Assembly (NCBI GenBank): GCA_001795615.1
Contig: MGKI01000014.1
Span: 5,380-69,379 of the forward strand
Direction: 5' to 3'
Length of the DNA: 64,000 nucleotides
Source of the DNA: Candidatus Yanofskybacteria bacterium RIFCSPLOWO2_01_FULL_42_49
Lineage (GTDB): Bacteria; Patescibacteriota; Minisyncoccia; 2-02-FULL-40-12; GWA2-44-9
Positions 35,982-46,366 of the stretch are shown one piece after another. The translations under genes and the position numbers were made by a program. Below the pieces are notes generated by a model, which saw only the letters and a program-made list of their open reading frames with translations, made no database searches and had not been told where the DNA came from. How positions within the stretch are numbered: position 1 is the first letter of the stretch; every line of letters begins with the position of its first letter.

Positions 35982-37772
35982 ATGAAAACATTACATAAAA
36001 TATTGGCCATTATTAGCCTGTTCCGCAGAGCCTTTTCAAGGCATACAAAAAAATTAGCCTTAATGATTGGCCTTGGGTTTATTGGGGGCTTTTTGGGTGG
36101 TATCGGGATCGGAGCGATTATTCCCCTGTTTTATATTATCACCAACAAATCCAGTGTCGGAACTGATTCTATCTCTAGAATTATTTCTAAAATATTTGAA
36201 TTTATTCACCTGCCGATATCGCTATCGTCAATTATACTGTTAATGGTTGTTTTATTTCTAACTAAAGCTGTTTTTTTATACATAGCAAATTATATAAATA
36301 CAAAGATATATGCCGATTACGAACTTGAGACGAGAGAAAGGTTATTTAAAAAAACTCTGGAAACTGATTGGCCATACCTGATGCACCAGAAAACAGGCCG
36401 CCTTAACGATATTTTAATGGGCGATGTTGGAGGAGCATCCGGCGCTTTAAATAGTATGAGCGGAGCTGTTTTAACTGGAACAAGTCTGATAACTTACGCC
36501 ATAATTGCGGTTAATATATCGGTTCCCATAACACTGGCAACTCTTGGTTTGGGAGCATTTTTATTTTTCTTATTTAAGCCAGTCTTCTACCGGGTCAGAA
36601 AATTATCCGGCCAAACCTCGGAAACGATCAAAACACTTGCCCACCATCTCAACCAGCATGTCGCTGGCGCTAAAACCATAAAATCCATGTCCTTGGAAAA
36701 TGATGTTTTCCAAAAAGGTATGGCCTATTTTGATGACTTAAAAAATATACGATTGAAATGGTCCCGATACGGCATTCTTCTTAATACTTTCGTCGAACCG
36801 GTAAGCCTGGGACTAGTAGTCGCTATATTTCTAACTTCATATCGAAATCCAGATTTTAACATCGCCACTTTTGTCGCAATAATCTATCTGGTTCAAAAAA
36901 TGTTCACATTCGTTCAGTCTATCCAGGGAAAATTTAATGTAGTAAACGAATCCCTTCCTTTGATAAACATCTTGGTGGCTTACGAAAAAGAGATCGATAA
37001 AAATCGAGAATTCGTCGGAGGCAATAAACAATTTATTTTTAACAGAACGCTGGAATTTAAAAATGTCTCATTTGGCTATGTTGGGGGACAAAACATTGTC
37101 AACGCATTGAATTTGTCCATAAATAAAGGAGAAATGGTCGGACTTATCGGACCTTCCGGCGCCGGAAAAACAACAATAGTAGACTTGCTGTTAAGATTAT
37201 TCAGGCCCAATAGCGGAGAACTGCTTATTGATGGCGCCAACATAGATGAACTGGACAAAAAATCGTGGCATAAGAATATCGGATATGTATCGCAGGATAT
37301 ATTTTTGCTTAATGACACCATTGAAAACAATATTCGTTTTTATAATAATGCCCTAAACCATAAAGACATCGTGGAAGCAACGAGATCAGCCAACATCTAC
37401 GATTTTATAGAAACATTGCCTGATAAATTCCAAACACTTGTAGGAGAACGAGGTATTCAGCTTTCAGGCGGACAGCGCCAACGAATCGTTCTCGCCCGAA
37501 TTTTGGCAAGAAAGCCGTCCATATTGGTTCTTGACGAGGCAACCAGCGCTCTGGATAACGAATCAGAGCACAAAATCCAAGAAGCAATTAAAGGGCTGCG
37601 AGGCAAACTAACAATATTGATTGTGGCTCACCGTTTAAGCACGGTCATGCATGCGGACAAAATTGCGGTCCTCAAAGACGGCATCATCGCAGAAGAGGGC
37701 GGTCCACAGGAACTTCTCAATAACAGTCAGTCGTATTTCTACAAAAATTATAATATAGATAAGAGTTATTAA
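35982..37772 (+). CDS. ABC transporter, fused permease/ATPase (MsbA-like type I exporter)
   Basis: Six-TM N-domain; Walker A GPSGAGKTT, signature LSGGQRQRIVLARIL, Walker B ILVLDEATSALD. Confidence 0.85.
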   Translation: MKTLHKILAIISLFRRAFSRHTKKLALMIGLGFIGGFLGGIGIGAIIPLFYIITNKSSVGTDSISRIISKIFEFIHLPISLSSIILLMVVLFLTKAVFLYIANYINTKIYADYELETRERLFKKTLETDWPYLMHQKTGRLNDILMGDVGGASGALNSMSGAVLTGTSLITYAIIAVNISVPITLATLGLGAFLFFLFKPVFYRVRKLSGQTSETIKTLAHHLNQHVAGAKTIKSMSLENDVFQKGMAYFDDLKNIRLKWSRYGILLNTFVEPVSLGLVVAIFLTSYRNPDFNIATFVAIIYLVQKMFTFVQSIQGKFNVVNESLPLINILVAYEKEIDKNREFVGGNKQFIFNRTLEFKNVSFGYVGGQNIVNALNLSINKGEMVGLIGPSGAGKTTIVDLLLRLFRPNSGELLIDGANIDELDKKSWHKNIGYVSQDIFLLNDTIENNIRFYNNALNHKDIVEATRSANIYDFIETLPDKFQTLVGERGIQLSGGQRQRIVLARILARKPSILVLDEATSALDNESEHKIQEAIKGLRGKLTILIVAHRLSTVMHADKIAVLKDGIIAEEGGPQELLNNSQSYFYKNYNIDKSY

Positions 37773-39754
37773 TGATTCAATACTTGTATTTAATCTTGGG
37801 GCTAGCCGCAGCTTCCAGTATAATTTTTTCTTTTATGACAAAGGGGGTTCTTTACGCTACGCCCGATACTGACAATGAATTAATGGCCTATGCCGCCGCT
37901 CAATCTCATAGATGGCGTTGGCTGTCAGATCTCCATAAAATGGGTTTAGGCAAAACTGGGATGAAAGACCTGACCGTTATATTAATATCAGTATTTCAAA
38001 AAATATTCCGCAATAAGACCGATGATCACCCCTATATTGCATTGGCCGGCACAGCTCACGCTTTTTCGTCTTTGTTAGTATATTTTATTGCTTCAGAATA
38101 TTGGGATCCAGCCATCGCTTTGTTTTTGGGATTGCTCTATTTGTTTTCTGTATGGAATTGGCAGATAGCTCTTTATGGAGGCCACGCCAATGTGGCCACC
38201 ATGTTGGTTCTGCTTTCTGTTTGGTTCACCCAACAAACAAATAATGGTTTAATGTGGCCGGGAATATGGTTAGTAGCAGCCGGGATAATATTTTGTTTTG
38301 CTCAATTTGCTTCAGCATCAACTATTAAATACACCCCCCTATTTTTCGGAGCCATTATTTTTGAACGCTATCAGATTTTTATCAAAGGAGGAGATTGGCT
38401 GAATACCTATCCTTTCATCATAAACAGCCAATTATACAAATTAAATATTTTTGTAATAATTATTTTTTTATTAAGCATTCTTTTCCTGCGACTTTTTTAT
38501 AAAAAAATAGTTTCAGCTATATATTACGGTAAGGCATTCGGATTTTTAAATAAAATAATCAGCGGAAAAGAATTATTCCCGATAGAACACTACTTCCAAC
38601 ATGCCAAAAAAAGAATAAATCAATTAGCCGTTTGGGGATTGTGGGCTGTCGTCGGCTTTCTGTTATTGGTGAATCTCGTGGGGCTTTATTACTTTTTACT
38701 GGTAATGACAGGCTTTATTGTTGGGTTTCTAATACTAACCCTACCCAACATAAAAAAAAGTTTTCGTTATTACTTTAACTTCATTCTTGAAACACAGATA
38801 AGAAGAAAAACTCACTTTAAAAGTTATATCCACTACTTCGCTGAAAAAGGACTAAATACTTCTAGGCGTACCCGGGGTGCCGGCCTGGCCTGGCTACCAA
38901 AAATGTTCATGAGAATGATACCGTTTCACACTGCAATTTTTATTATTTCCGTTATTGGTTCGCTGTATGCTGTTCCTTTCTTGGGCGGAAAAATTTGGAT
39001 AAATTATACAACGACACTGTTAATAATAATACTATCTCTGTCGCCAATAATCTGGGCCGAAATGACTAAAGCTCAACAACTTTCCAGATCTTATTCTCCG
39101 GGATTGACTGGGATGATGTTGTTGATCGGCTACGGAGCTTACCTTCTTGAAATTTTTTCCTTCAGTTATTTTTATCCGCTAATTATCATCACCTTAAGCA
39201 TTACGATACCGTGGAATTTATGGGTATTTTTATCAGATGTTTATCCGGCACGAATGGGAGCAACTTATATGTTTAGATCGCTGAGACGTTTGAATATAAA
39301 AGAAATTTATACTTATAACACTAAATACAACAGAGCGATGGTCGAAACAATTCCCGGACTAGGCAGATCAGAATATGTTCCTCACAAAAAAATTGATCCT
39401 CCATTTGTAATCCATTATATAAATAGTATAAATGATGTAAAAGATGGCTGGATCGTAATTCCCGGAACTAACGGAAGATCAATTACTATGAGCGGCGAGC
39501 AAGAGGCCATCGATGATAATTTCAGTTTTACAAAAGACCCGGTGTTAAATAAATTAATAGAATCCAGGAAAATTGATAAAATAGCCGATATAAAATTAAA
39601 GACATACGGCACAAGCCATTTCTGGTCTTTAGAAGATGAGGTTCTTGGTTATATGGATCTTATTTTAAATGAAATAGGCCCCAAGGATATTTACAGAGGA
39701 CATGCCTGGCTGATACATTCAAACAAATTAAAATCATTAACTAATGTATTCTAA
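37772..39754 (+). CDS. large polytopic membrane protein of unknown function (possible glycan polymerase / GT-C-like) with soluble C-terminal domain
   Basis: 660 aa, >12 TM; translationally coupled to the ABC exporter. No diagnostic motif recognised. Confidence 0.4.
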   Translation: MIQYLYLILGLAAASSIIFSFMTKGVLYATPDTDNELMAYAAAQSHRWRWLSDLHKMGLGKTGMKDLTVILISVFQKIFRNKTDDHPYIALAGTAHAFSSLLVYFIASEYWDPAIALFLGLLYLFSVWNWQIALYGGHANVATMLVLLSVWFTQQTNNGLMWPGIWLVAAGIIFCFAQFASASTIKYTPLFFGAIIFERYQIFIKGGDWLNTYPFIINSQLYKLNIFVIIIFLLSILFLRLFYKKIVSAIYYGKAFGFLNKIISGKELFPIEHYFQHAKKRINQLAVWGLWAVVGFLLLVNLVGLYYFLLVMTGFIVGFLILTLPNIKKSFRYYFNFILETQIRRKTHFKSYIHYFAEKGLNTSRRTRGAGLAWLPKMFMRMIPFHTAIFIISVIGSLYAVPFLGGKIWINYTTTLLIIILSLSPIIWAEMTKAQQLSRSYSPGLTGMMLLIGYGAYLLEIFSFSYFYPLIIITLSITIPWNLWVFLSDVYPARMGATYMFRSLRRLNIKEIYTYNTKYNRAMVETIPGLGRSEYVPHKKIDPPFVIHYINSINDVKDGWIVIPGTNGRSITMSGEQEAIDDNFSFTKDPVLNKLIESRKIDKIADIKLKTYGTSHFWSLEDEVLGYMDLILNEIGPKDIYRGHAWLIHSNKLKSLTNVF

Positions 39755-40745
39755 GATGATTATTACACGAACACCATTCAGAATATCGTTTTTTGGAGGA
39801 GGAACCGATTATCCGGTTTGGTACAAAAAAAATGGCGGAGCAGTTTTATCAACCACCATTAACCATTATGGTTACATCACCTGCCGTTTTTCGCCGCCAT
39901 TTTTTAAACACAAATACAGGGTATCCTATTCGAAAATAGAGGAAGTGAGCCACCACAATCAAATTGACCATCCTTCCGTAAGAGAATCGCTAAAATTTTT
40001 AAACTTCAACAAAAATTTGAGCATAACTTATGATACCGACCTACCGGCCAGATCCGGCCTGGGTTCCAGTTCATCCTTCACGGTTGGGTTACTCAACGCT
40101 CTTTACGGATTAAGGGGCGAATCCAAAACTAAAGAACAGCTGGCCATGGACGCAATTCATGTAGAACAAAATTTGATCGGCGAAAATGTGGGTTCACAAG
40201 ACCAAACAGCTGCCGCATTCGGCGGACTCAATAAGATAGAGTTCGGCGGCGCTAACGAGTTAACAGTCATCCCGATTATCTTGGAACAAAAAAGGTCAAA
40301 AAATTTACAGGACCATTTGCTTATGTTCTTTACGGGATATGCTCGCACGGCATCGGAAATTGCCGCCGAGCAGATAAGACTCACACCCAAAAAAGACACC
40401 GAGCTTCACGCTATGAGGCAAATGGTAGATGAGGCTGTAAATATCCTCCATAGAAAAAAGGAGAATCTCGATGATTTTGGTAAGCTTCTTCACCAAAGCT
40501 GGCAATTAAAAAGAAGCTTGAGTTCTAAAATTTCAAATCCAGCCATAGACGAAATATATGCATTAGGGATAAAAGCCGGGGCTATCGGAGGAAAGTTGTT
40601 GGGTGCCGGTGGAGGCGGATTTATGTTATTTTTTGCCCCGCCAGAAAGACATAAAAAAATAATAGAAAAACTAAATAACTTTTTATGTGTCCCGGTCAAT
40701 ATGGAGTACACAGGAAGCCAAAGAATATACCACTCGGACTTCTAA
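39744..40745 (+). CDS. GHMP kinase, D-glycero-alpha-D-manno-heptose 7-phosphate kinase (HddA)-like
   Basis: N-terminal RTPFRISFFGGGTDYP and GHMP motif PARSGLGSSSSF. Confidence 0.7.
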   Translation: MYSKMIITRTPFRISFFGGGTDYPVWYKKNGGAVLSTTINHYGYITCRFSPPFFKHKYRVSYSKIEEVSHHNQIDHPSVRESLKFLNFNKNLSITYDTDLPARSGLGSSSSFTVGLLNALYGLRGESKTKEQLAMDAIHVEQNLIGENVGSQDQTAAAFGGLNKIEFGGANELTVIPIILEQKRSKNLQDHLLMFFTGYARTASEIAAEQIRLTPKKDTELHAMRQMVDEAVNILHRKKENLDDFGKLLHQSWQLKRSLSSKISNPAIDEIYALGIKAGAIGGKLLGAGGGGFMLFFAPPERHKKIIEKLNNFLCVPVNMEYTGSQRIYHSDF

Positions 40746-40819
40746 TCTACTTCCGCCTTCTGGACAACTCTCGGTTTTTATAGTATTTTATCTAAAAAGT
40801 TTTTTAACAAAGGGTATTA

Positions 40820-42715
40820 ATGCTCATTGACGGCTTGATAACCCCAAAAGGTCTTGCGGAGAGTTTTTCTAAAGAAACTTCGCTGGAGATGTTCAGGCGA
40901 ATGTGCCTGATCAGATATTTTGAGTTGAATGTTAAGGGCGCCTACGATTCCAAACGAATGCCAAAGTCGCCTATTTATCTTTCTGTTGGGCAAGAAGCAA
41001 TTTCGTCTGCCTTGTCGGTAGTTTTCAAGAAAGAGCAACCTGCCTTATTCGGACAACACCGAGGCCATGATATTTACTTAGCATTCGGCGGCGACCCGGC
41101 TAAACTAATAGATGAGCTGTTTGGTTGGCCGACTGGCTGTGCCAAAGGAATGGGGGGTTCGGCATCTATACATTGTCCGGAAATTAAAATGGTCGGTCAC
41201 GATGGTCTGATGGGGACGCAAGTCGCTGACAGCGTAGGTTCATCTCTTGTAGACAAAGAAATGACTATTGCTTTTATGGGCGACGCTAGCGCCGAAGAGG
41301 GATTCGTTTTGGGTCCCCTGGGTTTTGCAATAACAAAAAATCTGCCGATTCTTTTCGTTGTTTGCGACAATAATTTGTCCATTTTGACCCAAAAGGGGGT
41401 CCGCCGAAACTGGACAATGAATGAACATGCTAATTTCGGAATGCCGTCCATAGACATTACAGATGATCCGTGGCTGATCATGCATCATGCAAAAAGATTA
41501 AGTACTTCGCTCCCCGCTTTGATGAATATCCATACCTGCCGAGAGTTGTGGCACGCCGGAACGGGCAAAGACGGAGAACCGGAGTGGAATCGTTTTGAAA
41601 TAGTAAAACAAGAGCTTAACAACATGGGTTTTGGAACTGAAGCCGAAATCATAGAGAAAATCACAAAAAAACTTATTGATGAAATGTGGGGCATCAAGCT
41701 AAAAGAAGCGCCGCCTAATGAATTGTCTGCAAGAAAAAAGTTCACCATTATCGATCCAAATTACAAATACGAACGCAATCCTGTTTTGATTGACAAGAAG
41801 CCAAAGGTAAAAGAAATCATACAAGAAGTTACAAGAGATATTTTGAAAAACCAAGGCGGCAGAGCAATGGGCCAATGCCTAACTGCTGTCGGTTGGGTCG
41901 GCGGAACTGTTCCCAATATGACCGAGAAAGAAGGACTGATAGAACTTTCAATGGACGATACCGGGGGTTCTGGTATTGCTGTCGGTTGTTCAAGAAAAGT
42001 ACCGACCATCTACATAGTGCGCTATCAAGGGTTTCAGTGGTTCAATGCCGCCTTTATTGCCAACCTCGCCGCAAAATCAAAAGAAATGTGGGGAGTGCCG
42101 AGACGTTTATTCGTCCGATCCATTGCCATGGAGGGAGGCATCGGTCCAGTCGCCTCAAACAGCCATCATGGGATATTCACAAGGATACCTGGAATAGTAG
42201 CTGCCGCACCGATGACACCGGGAGAATATCTTCAAATCGCTGATTATTTTAACGGCCACGATGACCCTATGTATGTAAGCGAGCACAGAAAAAGTTTTGA
42301 CATTGATTACGAAATGCCCGACACCGTTAATCCCCATCCTCATATCACTTTATTCCCTATTTCTGCAGCAAGATTAAATACAATAAAAGCAGTGAAAACA
42401 TTGTCTGAAGAAGGGGTAATTTGCAACATCATACATCTTTTGTGGCTTAAACCGTTCATTGTCGGCGAAAGAGTATTGGGTCCCTTAGAAAACTCGGAAT
42501 TCGGGGGAATCGTCCTTGATACTGATTACGAGAATGGAGTTTCAAAATGCATCGCTCATGACCTAATGATGAAAACTGATAAAAAGGTAGCGGTACTCGG
42601 CCTTGAAGAAAGGACCGCCGGATTCGCGCCATACTTGGACAATCTCCCGCCTTCGCCAGAACAGATAGTTAGCTTCGTAAAAAACATAGTAAACAAATCT
42701 CCACGCTCATCATGA
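40820..42715 (+). CDS. TPP-dependent dehydrogenase E1 component, fused alpha+beta subunits (pyruvate/acetoin dehydrogenase E1-like)
   Basis: The N-terminal half has E1-alpha TPP-binding motifs (GQEA, GDASAEEG...NN). The C-terminal half has a transketolase-like pyrimidine-binding and C-terminal domain. Confidence 0.7.
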   Translation: MLIDGLITPKGLAESFSKETSLEMFRRMCLIRYFELNVKGAYDSKRMPKSPIYLSVGQEAISSALSVVFKKEQPALFGQHRGHDIYLAFGGDPAKLIDELFGWPTGCAKGMGGSASIHCPEIKMVGHDGLMGTQVADSVGSSLVDKEMTIAFMGDASAEEGFVLGPLGFAITKNLPILFVVCDNNLSILTQKGVRRNWTMNEHANFGMPSIDITDDPWLIMHHAKRLSTSLPALMNIHTCRELWHAGTGKDGEPEWNRFEIVKQELNNMGFGTEAEIIEKITKKLIDEMWGIKLKEAPPNELSARKKFTIIDPNYKYERNPVLIDKKPKVKEIIQEVTRDILKNQGGRAMGQCLTAVGWVGGTVPNMTEKEGLIELSMDDTGGSGIAVGCSRKVPTIYIVRYQGFQWFNAAFIANLAAKSKEMWGVPRRLFVRSIAMEGGIGPVASNSHHGIFTRIPGIVAAAPMTPGEYLQIADYFNGHDDPMYVSEHRKSFDIDYEMPDTVNPHPHITLFPISAARLNTIKAVKTLSEEGVICNIIHLLWLKPFIVGERVLGPLENSEFGGIVLDTDYENGVSKCIAHDLMMKTDKKVAVLGLEERTAGFAPYLDNLPPSPEQIVSFVKNIVNKSPRSS

Positions 42716-42728
42716 GCGTGGGAATAAG

Positions 42729-42753
42729 TAACCCCGCATTTAGCGGGGTTTTA
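42729..42753 (+). terminator. intrinsic terminator
   Basis: aaccccgc-attta-gcggggtt followed by TTTT. Confidence 0.55.
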
Positions 42754-42769
42754 AACAATAAATAAAGCG

Positions 42770-44128
42770 CTAGTCATCAGTAATGTTAGAATCTTTATAG
42801 AGTTCAAAAGAACTTAGTCCGGCTTCTTTAACTCTCCTATATATTTCGTTATGGTTTCGGATTATTTCCTCTTCACTCATTCCCCTCCCCCATGGCGTCA
42901 CGGGTGCGTATTTAAAAGAAAGTTGCTTTTTGTTTTCCTGATTCCCTCTCCGCCTATGCATTGTATTTTCCCAATCATAACTGACGCTTGCAATACCAAA
43001 TTTTTCCGGATTGTTAAACATTTCTGTACCTGGACGCACAGTGAAAAGTCCCAAGTAAACCAAATCCGGTTGAGTTTCCCGTATAAAGCTCCATGTCTGT
43101 TCGACAATATCATCCGGTTCGCCCGGAAGTCCGATGATCAGATACATCCGAGCCTCAATGTCGTTTGCCTTGAGCATGGCAATTGTTTCGCGGGCCTTTT
43201 GAACGCTTACCTGCTTATTGATAATATCCAGACAACGCTGGGCCACGCTCTCTACTCCCATCCCCAGAGCAACACATCCTGACTGCCGAGCCAAAGACGC
43301 AATCTCCGGCGTCACGCCATCAACGCGGCATTGTCCTCGCCAAAGAATATTAGTCCGTCCTATGGCCTCAAGATGCCGCATAGCAGCTTTTGGGTTTAAA
43401 GGAAAGACGATTTCATCGGTTAAGGATAAGCCCTGGATACCATAATCTTTCTTAAGATATTCAATTTCTGCTTCAACATATTCCGGCTTACGAAAACGAA
43501 TTCCTGGCGCCTCGCGTCTCGCATACTCAATTGCGCAAAATGAACAACGATAAGGACATCCCCGGCTAAACATGGCCGTAGTGCCCCATAGATTCTCCAG
43601 CCCTGATTTATTGCGCAAGGTCAGCACGTTTTTTCGTGCCGTAGCGCTTTTAGGGAGAAAGTGTCTCCTGTCGCAGGAATAAACGTTGATGTCAACAATT
43701 CCATTCGGTCGGTAAATGCGCTTTAACTTACCGGCCTTAAGATCGCGCACAGCTTCAACAATAGTATCGTCCCCTTCACCAAAAATAACCGAATCAAAAA
43801 TCATCATGCACTCATCCGGGAAAAAATTGGCATGAGGGCCTCCTGCAATATGCAGTGCGTCGGGATACTGTTGCCTGAGGATTTCGATAATTCCTCGTTG
43901 CTCGGCAAAATCAAGCGTATATACTGAGTGAAGAAAAACATTACATTCCGGAATATGGTATTTCGCAAAATACCGCTTAATGCCCCGCAGATCTATAAGC
44001 TTGAGATCAATCGCTGAACCAAACGCATCTTCAAGAATAGTGAGAATATGAAAATGCGTAAACGGATCGCCACGGAATGGATCAAACAGATAATCGCTAC
44101 TTGGGAATATGAAGCCGATTTTCAACAT
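42770..44128 (-). CDS. class B radical SAM enzyme (cobalamin-binding domain + radical SAM)
   Basis: B12-binding domain with IAGGPHANF; radical SAM CPYRCSFC (CxxxCxxC); start at the internal ATG (MLKIGFI). Confidence 0.8.
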   Translation of the reverse strand: MLKIGFIFPSSDYLFDPFRGDPFTHFHILTILEDAFGSAIDLKLIDLRGIKRYFAKYHIPECNVFLHSVYTLDFAEQRGIIEILRQQYPDALHIAGGPHANFFPDECMMIFDSVIFGEGDDTIVEAVRDLKAGKLKRIYRPNGIVDINVYSCDRRHFLPKSATARKNVLTLRNKSGLENLWGTTAMFSRGCPYRCSFCAIEYARREAPGIRFRKPEYVEAEIEYLKKDYGIQGLSLTDEIVFPLNPKAAMRHLEAIGRTNILWRGQCRVDGVTPEIASLARQSGCVALGMGVESVAQRCLDIINKQVSVQKARETIAMLKANDIEARMYLIIGLPGEPDDIVEQTWSFIRETQPDLVYLGLFTVRPGTEMFNNPEKFGIASVSYDWENTMHRRRGNQENKKQLSFKYAPVTPWGRGMSEEEIIRNHNEIYRRVKEAGLSSFELYKDSNITDD

Positions 44129-44271
44129 ATTACCTCTTTTTATTAGTGAGCTGCCAAAATTATACAGCACAAATCATATTTTAACAACCTTCCAGAGTTA
44201 CGAACAAGACACCACAAAAATAACAGTGTCAATATGGATAACGATTTTCTGCTATGTTATATTTTTAAATT

Positions 44272-44832
44272 ATGAAAGATACCAAACAGCAACAAAAAGC
44301 CGTCGTTATCACTGCCGAAGGATTTGAAGATGAAGAAGTTATTTACCCGGTCATCCGACTTAAGGAAGAGGGGTTCATGGTTGATATCGCCACTAAAGAC
44401 GCTAAGTCCGTATTGGGACGATTAAACTTCCCCCTTGAACTTATAGTCCGTTATTATGCTACTCTGGTTGATGCTAAGAAATTAAAACCTAATGATTATG
44501 ACCTCGTGCTGATTCCCGGTGGATTTGAAGCGCCTGATAGGATGAGACAGGTACCAGAAATTTTGGAATTTGTCAGGCAAATGCATAAACAAAAAAAAAT
44601 CGTTTCTGCGTTTTGCCACGGCCCTTGGGTACTTATCTCAGCCGGCATAGTTAAAGGCAAGAAGATTGCCGGATACATCGGTATTAAAGACGATATAAAC
44701 AATGCCGGGGCAATTTATACCGACCAACCAGCAGTAATTGACGGAAACATTATCACCGCCAGACACCCAAGAGATATGGGAGATTTAATGAAAGCGATTT
44801 TTAGTAAGTTTAAAGTAGAAAATAGAAAATAG
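44272..44832 (+). CDS. DJ-1/PfpI family protein
   Basis: Nucleophile-elbow AFCHGPW and overall class-I glutamine amidotransferase-like fold. Confidence 0.75.
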   Translation: MKDTKQQQKAVVITAEGFEDEEVIYPVIRLKEEGFMVDIATKDAKSVLGRLNFPLELIVRYYATLVDAKKLKPNDYDLVLIPGGFEAPDRMRQVPEILEFVRQMHKQKKIVSAFCHGPWVLISAGIVKGKKIAGYIGIKDDINNAGAIYTDQPAVIDGNIITARHPRDMGDLMKAIFSKFKVENRK

Positions 44833-44862
44833 GAAATTTTTTAAAATTTTAACTTCCAAAGT

Positions 44863-45591
44863 ATGATCAAAAAAATTCGACAATCTGAATTAGATAAAGA
44901 CTACATAAAAATTAACAAATATCCTATAAGCCCCATCAGTGTCAATCTTAAAAATGTTGTGGTGACTAAACCGTGGGGTTATGAGTATTTAATGTTCAAA
45001 AACAATGAAACCGAGATATGGAATCTGTCTATAAAATACCAGCGTTCCACGTCAATGCACTGCCATCCGAATAAAAAAACTGCCCTTGTTGTTCTAAGCG
45101 GAAGAGCTCAATTTTCAACTCTCAATGAATCATGGGAGTTGATGCCCCACGATGTGATGATAATCGATAAAGGGACATTTCATTCCACCCAAAGCTTGTC
45201 AAAAGAGGGATTAGTGCTATTAGAGTTCGAAACCCCTCCGATGAAACATGACCTACTCAGACTAGAAGATAAATATGGCCGGGCGAGAAAAGGCTATGAA
45301 GAAGAAGTAGACAGAATGATGAAAACTACTGAATATCCCCGTTTTTTAGGAGTCAAAAACAGTAAAGTAAAAAATATCTGCAATAATAAAGTCTGCATAT
45401 TAGAAATTAAAAACAAAAACAACCTTTCAAACTACCCCCAAAAAACCAGAACACTTGCTGTGGTTTTAAGTGGCATGGTTAAGTCAAAAAACGAAGAACC
45501 AATATATGAACCGCCCCACGTCCTTGCTCTGGAAGAACTTCAAGAAGCCGGCCATTTTTTCCATAATGTTTCTTTAATGCTCATCAGGTGA
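44863..45591 (+). CDS. cupin domain protein (type II mannose-6-phosphate isomerase-like cupin)
   Basis: KPWGYEYL...MHCHPNKKTALVVLSGRA cupin motifs. Confidence 0.5.
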   Translation: MIKKIRQSELDKDYIKINKYPISPISVNLKNVVVTKPWGYEYLMFKNNETEIWNLSIKYQRSTSMHCHPNKKTALVVLSGRAQFSTLNESWELMPHDVMIIDKGTFHSTQSLSKEGLVLLEFETPPMKHDLLRLEDKYGRARKGYEEEVDRMMKTTEYPRFLGVKNSKVKNICNNKVCILEIKNKNNLSNYPQKTRTLAVVLSGMVKSKNEEPIYEPPHVLALEELQEAGHFFHNVSLMLIR

Positions 45592-46244
45592 TCCCGAAAG
45601 CAAAAGATTTAATTATATTTGATTTTGACGGCGTATTGGCCGATTCTTTTGACTACTTCTATGCTCTGAACAGAGACGGAATGAAACATGTCGGTCTTTC
45701 TTTTACAAAAGAAGACTATCGAAATCTATTTATCGATAATGTCCATCGGGGATTTAAAGATTTTATAAACAACAACCAAAAATATCTTGCTTATTCAGAG
45801 TTTAGAAAAGCAAATTATGATAGGCGTTACTACGACAAGGAAAGGGGCGTTAAACTATTTCCAAAAGTACCTATATTTCTCAAAAAAATAAGCAAAGCAT
45901 ATCTTCTGGCCGTTGCCTCTTCGGGCCAACAAAAAAACATAAGAAATCTATTAAATAAGGCCGGGGTTGAGAGTTTATTTGATCTAATTTTAGCCGATTC
46001 AAACTATTCTAAAAAGGAGACGATAAAAAAAATATTAAACAAGCATCGAGTCAACTCCGAACAAACTTTCTTTGTCACTGACACTGTTGGTGATGTAAAA
46101 GCCGCAAAAAAATGCGGCCTTAAAACCATAGCCATCACTTGGGGATTCCATGATAAAAAAACTCTCATGACAGCAGGTCCGGACTATATTGTTGCTGACT
46201 TTAAAGCGTTAGGATCAATACTAAAATCTAGCCGACCTAATTAA
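45588..46244 (+). CDS. HAD-IA family hydrolase (phosphatase)
   Basis: IFDFDGVLADS (motif I), VASSG (II), FVTDTVGDVKAAKKCG (III/IV); GTG start overlapping the cupin stop. Confidence 0.75.
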   Translation: MIPKAKDLIIFDFDGVLADSFDYFYALNRDGMKHVGLSFTKEDYRNLFIDNVHRGFKDFINNNQKYLAYSEFRKANYDRRYYDKERGVKLFPKVPIFLKKISKAYLLAVASSGQQKNIRNLLNKAGVESLFDLILADSNYSKKETIKKILNKHRVNSEQTFFVTDTVGDVKAAKKCGLKTIAITWGFHDKKTLMTAGPDYIVADFKALGSILKSSRPN

Positions 46245-46366
46245 ATAATACACAAAACATATACTGAAAGCCGTCATTAAGATGGTTTTTTCTTATCTCG
46301 TCAATATTGACCGATTTTGATAATTTTGAGATGAGTAAATAAGTTTTTTAAAAAAGGACCGACAAA

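Noticed and set aside
40157-42343. Numerous 60-120-aa ORFs on both strands inside the HddA-like and E1 genes
   Set aside because: These genes are moderately GC-rich, so antisense frames stay open. The long sense-strand proteins have clear domain signatures.
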